Positions 56,801 through 64,000 of a stretch of 64,000 nucleotides of DNA are shown here, piece by piece (the first letter of the stretch is position 1; each line of letters starts with the position of its first letter). Position numbers and translations under genes: made by a program. The DNA is from an uncultured virus (IMG/VR IMGVR_UViG_3300011888_000003) (Duplodnaviria > Heunggongvirae > Uroviricota > Caudoviricetes). Below the pieces are notes generated by a model. The model saw only the letters and a program-made list of their open reading frames with translations. It was not told the DNA's origin and did no database searches. The stretch is taken from IMG/VR virus record IMGVR_UViG_3300011888_000003. One strand, given 5' to 3'.

Positions 56801-58535
56801 CGTACTTCGTAACCCGACCATCTCCGACTCGACGATGCAAGCTCAAAAAATCATGATTGACCCGACGATGGCTTCGGATGACCGACGGGCTCTCGTATCC
56901 GTCGGAACATTGAAACTGATGGCCGCCGATACCGATGGTGACGTTATCAATGCCATGTTGAACCATTACAAATCAGGTGAAGCGCAGAAGTGGCATAACG
57001 TCATCAAGGAACGTCATAAGTACACAGCGCTTGATGCGATGGGGAAAACAAATGACATCATGAATGATTATCGAGAAGACCTCATCAATACATATGAAGC
57101 GAATGCAAAATATGCTGATGGAAACATGAATGTCTCTCGTGCTGAAATCGAGAAACAAGTCGACTTGATGATTCAAGACAATCAAGCAGGCAAACAGACG
57201 ACGGTACAAGCCCTCGTCCGAAATGGATTCGATAAAAAAACGGCACAGAACTTCTTAAGCAACAAGATGACTTTGGATGAAGACATCATGGCTGTCGAAT
57301 CCCGTCAAGGTAAAGGTGCTGTCGGACCGATTGATAACTTGCGTGAACGGATGCGTGAACTGCATACGATGACACAAGAAGCCCTTGTGGGCGGAGGCGT
57401 ACTCGATGCAGAAGAAGCACGACGCAATAGCTTCATCGTTCAAAAGTTCGGTTCTACTCTTTCCCAAGAACTTATCTCTTCCAAGAAATTGACGATTGAT
57501 AAGTATGCGGCAGAAGTCGAAGGAGAAGGAACGTATACGACGAAAGAAGAAATCCGAAGAGAAGCACAGGCTCGAATGAAAGCCCGTCATGAAAAAATCA
57601 GTGACATCCAAAACATGCTTCGCAATCCAAGTGCTCAGAACATTGATACCCTTCGGACAGAGCTTGATGCCCTTGGTATCTTCAGCAGTGGGACGGAGAT
57701 GTATCATGGAGAACGTGTCCAAAAGTCAGAGATTTTAGAGACAGGGTTAAAAGAACTCCGCATGATGCAAGAGTTGAATCAACGCCAAGGTGGATTAAGT
57801 GCCGATGCCTTGTCCATCAATGAATCGACAGGTATCAAAGATTCCAGTCGTATCCGTGAAGCAACGCTTGGAAACAACTTTATGCCGACATCAACGAACC
57901 GTGCGAGTTATGCTCATCTCTATGACAACGGTGAAGAAGTATTTGACCAGGCAAAAGAAAAATGGAACCAGAGCGTTTTGAATAAATACATGGACATTCA
58001 AGCGGCACGGGAAACCGTCAATGACCAGATATTGCGAGCAGACCAACAGCCGTTCCGTTCCATCAGTGAAATAGAACGACGTGGAGGTGGATTCATTTCA
58101 GGTGCGACGTCCGATGCACTCGGTTCAGCCAAGCGTGCGACAAGCACAGCGTTTGATGGTCTAAAGGTACAAAAGATTGCACCTGTCGCGGCTGTGTTCG
58201 GTGCGATATGGGGTGCAAGTGCGATGCTTCGTACGGCACCGACACCAGAAGGATTAGAAGAACAACAACGTGCGGCTCACGTAGAAGTTGCACCAGAGCA
58301 GATGTTGACTTCCCCTACAGCAAGGGTTACAACTAATCCAGAGAGTACGATGTTGCGAATCAGCGGGCGAGGCACAGGTGGTCTTGACCACAATGCACTT
58401 GCTGGTATCGTCAACTCTGAAATTCAACAGATGAAAGGTATGGCATTGGATATGAACGTTAATCTCAATGACAATACCGCAAAAATAACGAATAGCTGGA
58501 TACAGCAAAAACTGAATGAGTCATTGAATCAGTAA
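50891..58535 (+). CDS. putative virion single-chain two-barrel RNA polymerase with N-terminal DEDDh exonuclease (about 2,550 aa, one gene across an N gap)
   Basis: WDMET, GHNVHGFD and HFALAD; then beta-like and beta'-like motifs ending in RNPT...MAADTDGD (56928-56942); both reading frames are open up to the gap. Confidence 0.75.
54885..54894. other. assembly gap (10 N)
   Basis: Run of n characters; true length unknown. Confidence 1.
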
Positions 58536-58556
58536 GATTGGAACAGGAGGAACATT

Positions 58557-61500
58557 ATGAGCGCGACAGAAGCGTTGATTGTATCACTACAAAAACCTGC
58601 CGAGGATAAACCTTGGCGGGTGGTAATGTTAATCCAAGGAGAATTGTTGACGGCAACGAGCATCGGGGCTGGCGGGCAAACGCCTGCCGGTCCTCGTTTG
58701 CTTGAAGCCATTAATCACTTGGAACAACACATCAAAGGATACCCATTCGAATATGGCATGACGATGGTTGCTGACGGGACGAACCGCTTGCTTGCTGTGC
58801 GTTACATTGGCAAAGACATCGGTATGATGGAAGCAACGAAAAAGACCCTTCAATACATTAAGAAAAGTAAAGTCACACCACGAAACTTTAAAATTGATGA
58901 GAATGTCATGTTCTCTGAGACCTTCAATGCGCAAGACTTCATGGAGACGGAAGAAGAGCCTGCTATGATGATGATGATGGCAGTCGCTGAAGGACCAGAT
59001 GGCGGAGGGACACCAGAAGAGACAGAACCACAAGAAATGGAAGAAAACATTGGTTCTCCTGACCAATTCTTACTGTATGGAGAAGTGGCGAGGGTCGTCG
59101 ATGGTGATACCGCGACCATCAAGACTCTTGCCATGCATAAAAGTCTAAAAGGAAAAAAGATTGGAAAGTACTTAATGGATGTAAACGTCGAGTTCAATCT
59201 TCGTTTCATCGGTATTGATAGTCCTGAGACACGTAAGCAAGGGAATGCCGCCATCTATGCTGATAAACAAAACTCTGCACTTGCGGCACTCTGGGGCGTA
59301 ACGACAGATGTCGTGTATGATGTCGGAGAAGAAGCGAAACACACGACAGCGGCGATGATTACCCCTGGTACGGACAATGCTTATGTTCTCGTTGCATTAC
59401 AATACGATAAAGTAAAAAATGTACCGCTTCATGATAATGGAGACGGACAACGTCCTCTTGGTGTCTTGTATCATGTCAAACCAAACAAAAAAGACAAAGA
59501 TAAATACAAGACGACAAAAGAAGGACTCATCATCAATGTCGATGAATTCTTAAAGGCGATGTCAGAAGACAATGTCAAAGGAACGAACATCAATAAGACA
59601 TTGCTCGGAAAACGATACTCAAAAGACCCACGTCTTCCTTTATATCAACACGATACATACAACAACAATAAATCAACCGAACAAGGCATCGATGTCATCA
59701 CATGGGGTGATGAAGTCGGATATAAAGAGCCAAGTGATAGTTATTATAATGAGAAAGACCCGAAATCGACGACGACCGATGACATCTCAGAACAAGACAG
59801 CATCGATAAAGCAGAGACATTGTATGAGAACAAATATAAAGAACCAGTCTCGAATGCACTTGATTTCGTCTTGCCATATGATGACCGTCTTGCTGATGAG
59901 AACGGTATCTATTCTCGTAGCATCAAGTTGTCAAAAGATGAAGATGCACTCGAAGAACCGTTCAACTATGTGTATAAAGTGCGTATCGGAGATGTCTTGA
60001 TGACAGTCCCGCCGCTCTCGATTCAAATGTCACGTATTAGTCAGATTGAAAAGGTGAAGACACTTCGGACACAGACATCGATGATGAAGGGAGTCGGGAG
60101 TGCGAAGACGACGATTGAGCTGGAATTGTACTTCCACGGAATGGATGCCATCAACGGGAAAGAATGGGGTTCATATGAGATGGACGGAAAGACATATCCA
60201 TTCTACATGGACGGTCTTCGGACACTCATCGCTCAGTTCAAGAAAGCACCTTTCTTGCCGATTGACAATAAATACATCAATGAAAGTCTGAACATTCACA
60301 ATGTGGCATTGATGAACTTGACGGTACAGACAGTCCCTGATTTCCCACAATCGTTAAAAGCAGTCTTGACACTCGCGAAGTTCGAACCAGAAGCGTTCAT
60401 GATTGAGGAACCGAGTCTTTCGAACGTCATGAACTATCCATTGTTCCGTTGGTACTATCAGCAAGCACTTCGTAAGCCGGAAGACTATGAAATTCCGAAC
60501 CGGATGTATTTAGAAAAAATCGAAGAGTTGACGAACGAGTTTAATTTCTTCATTGCTGACGAATCGAAATTGAAATACCGAATGGATGCCATCAATGAAT
60601 TGTTCCGAATGGTTCGTCCTGAGGAGTATGAAAAACAAGTCAAAGAAAAAACGTCTGATAGTGGTCAATTGATTGAAGACGAGAACCGTGTCAAAAAAGT
60701 CCTGAAACAATATGACATCTATGAAGGATACCGAGAAGAAGACAAAAAGAAATTCAAAATCGGACCAGAATCCAAGGATGCGTGGGGACGAGAAGCTTAT
60801 CAAGAAATGTATGAAGGAAGCATGCCAGTCTTTAAAGGTTCGGGCGCGAACTCATCGTTCGTCTCAAAGAGTTATGTCTTCTACCAATACTTCCTCGATA
60901 ACTATTTCCTCGACAACCCGAAATTCAAGGAATACTGGGAAAAAGTAGAAGGGGCAAAAACGCCTGGGTTCTTCATCATTGCCTTCAATAACCAAGAGAA
61001 CGCAAAGAAAATTGATGCACGTGCGGCATTGATGCTTGAAGGAAAACATAAAAAACGTTCTGATGGTAGTGCTTATTTCGTCATTCCAGCAACAAAAGCA
61101 AACATCAAGATTCTTGAATCGATGAAAGGTGCACGAGAAATGGTTGAAGGAGACGTGCAGACGTATGCCGAGAAGTATACGCAACTCCAAGACATCGTCG
61201 ACTCGACCGAGCAATCAATTGCCATGGTGCCATATGACATTCCTGGATTGATTCCGACGTCCATCAATGTCATGTATGAGAATCAATTCTCTAGCATGCA
61301 GATGCAAATGCTTGATTCTCCGACACTTCAATACATGGGAGGGCAAGACCCTTACATCCAGTTAATCTTTGAAGGGGACCAAAACACGGTCATGGCAGTG
61401 AACGAGATGCTTCTTGTCATTGAACGCTACAATCGTCAATATCGTCAAGGTATCGTTGCTGGTTTCATGGATGTCACGAATCCCCTTCTGAAAATGTTTG

Positions 61501-64000
61501 GGGTCAAGACACTGATGCCAGAGAATGTCCAAATCAACACGGTTCCTGGCTTCCCTGACCGCTTCCAAATTGTCATGGCATTATGTGGCTTCGACCGCAC
61601 ACAGCGCCGTCAGGAACGCTTAGATGGCATCAGCGGGGCATATGACGACACACGACTTCAAGATAGACGTGTTAATAACTACAGTGAAGAAAAAGATTAT
61701 GCCATCATGGAATACCGGATGCGGGGCATGGAAGTTTATCCAGACCTAGAACTTCCGACATTCGAAGAATTGAATAAAGTCCTACCTTCACTCAAAGCAG
61801 GATTCGATACATACGAGAATCGAAGCGACCAAGTCTATGTCGACCCTGACTTCTATATCGGTTCACAAAAGACACTTCGTGACATGATTGCACAAGTCGT
61901 CAAGAAAGACAGTGAGTTCAAGGTCGTCGCCTATGACAACCGAGGATTGAAAACGACTTCAAAACTGAATGGTGTCGGATTCATCGACCCAGCAGAATCA
62001 AAGACGTTCGTCGATGCGTTCAATAGCCTAGACAAAGCCGTCGATTATGTACCTTCCGATTTCACATGGCAGAACGAAAAAGAGAAGGATTCGACGACGA
62101 GTGCGAAGTCAGAAGAGGATGCACTCGATAGTGTCGAACTTGAAGGAGACATCAAGGATTATGTAACCATCGGTGAAGATGGAAAAGCACCATATCAGAA
62201 ATTGCCAGGATATGAGAACTGGAAAAAGTTCAGTGGCAATAAAGGTAAGTCAAAAGAAGAGTATGAGAAATGGAAAAAGAATCCTGATAAAAACCCACGA
62301 GAAGAAGTCGTCTGGTTCGCCATCATGCAAAAAATGATTGAAAAGATTGGTAGAAAATATCTAGAAGGTATGGACGACGACTTCAAGATGATTGCGAATG
62401 GATTAGAAGGAAAACATAATCTACCTTCGGACATGACGAATGAAGACTGGTCTGACCGTTACCGTAAGAGTAATTGGCACAACGTCGGAGACATGATAAT
62501 GAAGATAACGGACGGGAACTACGGCGCTACGACATTTATGCCAGATGACATCTATGGAAAGAGTATGTATCTTTACTACAAAGGACTTGCGGAAGAAGAA
62601 GACGACTACGAGAATTGGAAGAAGATTCCGAAGTCGGACTTGTCTTACATTAAATCGAGCGCGGAGTTCAAAGCATCTCCAATGTGGGCGTATAACGGGA
62701 AACGAACGAGTTGGGGTAACATCAGTAAAAACTTGTTCAATAACTATTATGACGGCTCCATCGTGCCGTATGATGATGACCCATTAAAAGGAGTCGTCAA
62801 GATTCCGCTTCATCGTATGGGTGGTATCATCAAATCGATTGCAAAGTATCATTCACGTTGGACACCATTTGAAGGTGATGGTTCTGGTAAATTGACGGAC
62901 GGATGGCGCGCGGGACTCATGGGGTATCCTCTCGACATCGTCAAAGACAAAGCAGAAGCAGAGCGTTTGATGTATGACTGGAAATACAATCTTGAGAAAT
63001 CGATGGAATTGCTCGCTAAGTATTACAAACATGCGTTCTCTCAAAAAGAATTACGGTACAAGGCGTTTGCAAGTGAATGGATGGTTTGGCAATATGGACT
63101 ACCAAATCAAGACCGTGAAGATGACTTGTTGCCGATTGGGAAGAAATCGGATGCTTCTGAGGTCCTGATGCCGAATGCTTTGAAGCCTGCCATGGGTTAT
63201 CGTAATGTCATCATGCGAGAATGGCGGACGACGTATGCGGCCGTTGATAAAGAAGCACCAGCTGGTATCTTCGCTGGAGGGAAAGGGCCTGTCGTCCCTG
63301 CCGTGTTTGCGATGTATAACGGATTTGAAGGTAATACGATGGATGTCTTTACAGGAGATAAGGATGCCATCATCAAGAGTCTCGTCAATGACTTGTATTA
63401 TCCGATGGATGCATACAAAGTCAATGATGATAAGACGAAGATTGTCGCCGCTTACAAGAAAGAGAAGATGGCGTCCATAAAGGCAGAGACGAGAGCAAAA
63501 CTTGAGAAGAAAAGTCGTAACGAGGTCGATTTGATTTTCTACAACCATCTCTCTCAACTGAAGAATGTCATCGGTAAAGGAGACAATGAAAAGAAATTTG
63601 CGGCGAGTGTGTTCGCAAGTATCTTGACCGGTATCGGAGCGGTGTTACTCGCATTGTTCGGAACGGTCACATATGGACTCGGTTTCCTTGCGGCAGGTGC
63701 ACTTGGCATCGGAGCAGGAATGCTTAGTGATAGCGATAGTGATAAGATTGCGAACATGGCACCAAAAGCAAAAGAAATCATGGATGCCTACAATCAGATG
63801 GACGGGGCGAACGAAACGCTTCAGAACAACCGTCTCGTCAATCGGAATACACCGCAAGAGAATCACTTCAACATGTATAAAGACATGTTAGAGTATGACA
63901 TGCAAGGACGCATGGTCAGGGCGTTCCCGACCTTCCAGATGTTCATAGTCGACGAAGGAAAATGGATGGCGAACTATCGTATTTGGGACAACCTCTATGG
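58557..64000 (+). CDS. giant virion protein (over 1,800 aa, runs off the window) with thermonuclease-like and degenerate lytic-transglycosylase-like regions
   Basis: AGGAGG RBS; absent from the ORF track because it has no stop in the window; start and end are in the same frame; VARVVDGDT...RFIGIDSPE and AGLMGY...DWKYNL. Confidence 0.75.
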   Translation, partial: MSATEALIVSLQKPAEDKPWRVVMLIQGELLTATSIGAGGQTPAGPRLLEAINHLEQHIKGYPFEYGMTMVADGTNRLLAVRYIGKDIGMMEATKKTLQYIKKSKVTPRNFKIDENVMFSETFNAQDFMETEEEPAMMMMMAVAEGPDGGGTPEETEPQEMEENIGSPDQFLLYGEVARVVDGDTATIKTLAMHKSLKGKKIGKYLMDVNVEFNLRFIGIDSPETRKQGNAAIYADKQNSALAALWGVTTDVVYDVGEEAKHTTAAMITPGTDNAYVLVALQYDKVKNVPLHDNGDGQRPLGVLYHVKPNKKDKDKYKTTKEGLIINVDEFLKAMSEDNVKGTNINKTLLGKRYSKDPRLPLYQHDTYNNNKSTEQGIDVITWGDEVGYKEPSDSYYNEKDPKSTTTDDISEQDSIDKAETLYENKYKEPVSNALDFVLPYDDRLADENGIYSRSIKLSKDEDALEEPFNYVYKVRIGDVLMTVPPLSIQMSRISQIEKVKTLRTQTSMMKGVGSAKTTIELELYFHGMDAINGKEWGSYEMDGKTYPFYMDGLRTLIAQFKKAPFLPIDNKYINESLNIHNVALMNLTVQTVPDFPQSLKAVLTLAKFEPEAFMIEEPSLSNVMNYPLFRWYYQQALRKPEDYEIPNRMYLEKIEELTNEFNFFIADESKLKYRMDAINELFRMVRPEEYEKQVKEKTSDSGQLIEDENRVKKVLKQYDIYEGYREEDKKKFKIGPESKDAWGREAYQEMYEGSMPVFKGSGANSSFVSKSYVFYQYFLDNYFLDNPKFKEYWEKVEGAKTPGFFIIAFNNQENAKKIDARAALMLEGKHKKRSDGSAYFVIPATKANIKILESMKGAREMVEGDVQTYAEKYTQLQDIVDSTEQSIAMVPYDIPGLIPTSINVMYENQFSSMQMQMLDSPTLQYMGGQDPYIQLIFEGDQNTVMAVNEMLLVIERYNRQYRQGIVAGFMDVTNPLLKMFGVKTLMPENVQINTVPGFPDRFQIVMALCGFDRTQRRQERLDGISGAYDDTRLQDRRVNNYSEEKDYAIMEYRMRGMEVYPDLELPTFEELNKVLPSLKAGFDTYENRSDQVYVDPDFYIGSQKTLRDMIAQVVKKDSEFKVVAYDNRGLKTTSKLNGVGFIDPAESKTFVDAFNSLDKAVDYVPSDFTWQNEKEKDSTTSAKSEEDALDSVELEGDIKDYVTIGEDGKAPYQKLPGYENWKKFSGNKGKSKEEYEKWKKNPDKNPREEVVWFAIMQKMIEKIGRKYLEGMDDDFKMIANGLEGKHNLPSDMTNEDWSDRYRKSNWHNVGDMIMKITDGNYGATTFMPDDIYGKSMYLYYKGLAEEEDDYENWKKIPKSDLSYIKSSAEFKASPMWAYNGKRTSWGNISKNLFNNYYDGSIVPYDDDPLKGVVKIPLHRMGGIIKSIAKYHSRWTPFEGDGSGKLTDGWRAGLMGYPLDIVKDKAEAERLMYDWKYNLEKSMELLAKYYKHAFSQKELRYKAFASEWMVWQYGLPNQDREDDLLPIGKKSDASEVLMPNALKPAMGYRNVIMREWRTTYAAVDKEAPAGIFAGGKGPVVPAVFAMYNGFEGNTMDVFTGDKDAIIKSLVNDLYYPMDAYKVNDDKTKIVAAYKKEKMASIKAETRAKLEKKSRNEVDLIFYNHLSQLKNVIGKGDNEKKFAASVFASILTGIGAVLLALFGTVTYGLGFLAAGALGIGAGMLSDSDSDKIANMAPKAKEIMDAYNQMDGANETLQNNRLVNRNTPQENHFNMYKDMLEYDMQGRMVRAFPTFQMFIVDEGKWMANYRIWDNLY

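Overview
A 64 kb segment of a large contractile-tailed (myovirus-type) phage. The strong GGAGG ribosome-binding sites suggest a Bacillota host (inference). Left arm (1-16.7 kb, minus strand): small early/middle genes, a SpoVG/SSB-like protein, two SLOG/YspA-like proteins, a PD-(D/E)XK-like protein and a YonO/RdRP-like single-subunit RNA polymerase (GADFDGD). This arm is rich in non-coding elements: about 11 copies of a fixed-spacing GAA-triloop hairpin element that behaves like a phage promoter, two complete pseudoknotted type II hammerhead ribozymes, a ~385-nt pseudoknotted putative ncRNA, a conserved 5'-leader motif and repeated GGA-CAUA-UCC mini-hairpins. Right arm (17-64 kb, plus strand): a morphogenesis cluster. 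The terminase large subunit is interrupted by one intein and two group I introns. It is followed by portal, protease/scaffold, capsid, neck, sheath, three tube paralogs, chaperones and three giant ORFs. One giant ORF (about 2,550 aa, split by an assembly gap) has an N-terminal DEDDh exonuclease followed by colinear beta- and beta'-like RNA polymerase motifs (RNPT...ADTDGD), so it is probably a second, virion-delivered single-chain RNA polymerase. The main candidate system is a self-contained phage transcription programme: two distinct two-barrel RNAPs, hairpin promoters, ribozyme processing and a large ncRNA. All assignments come from reading motifs by eye; no database searches were run.
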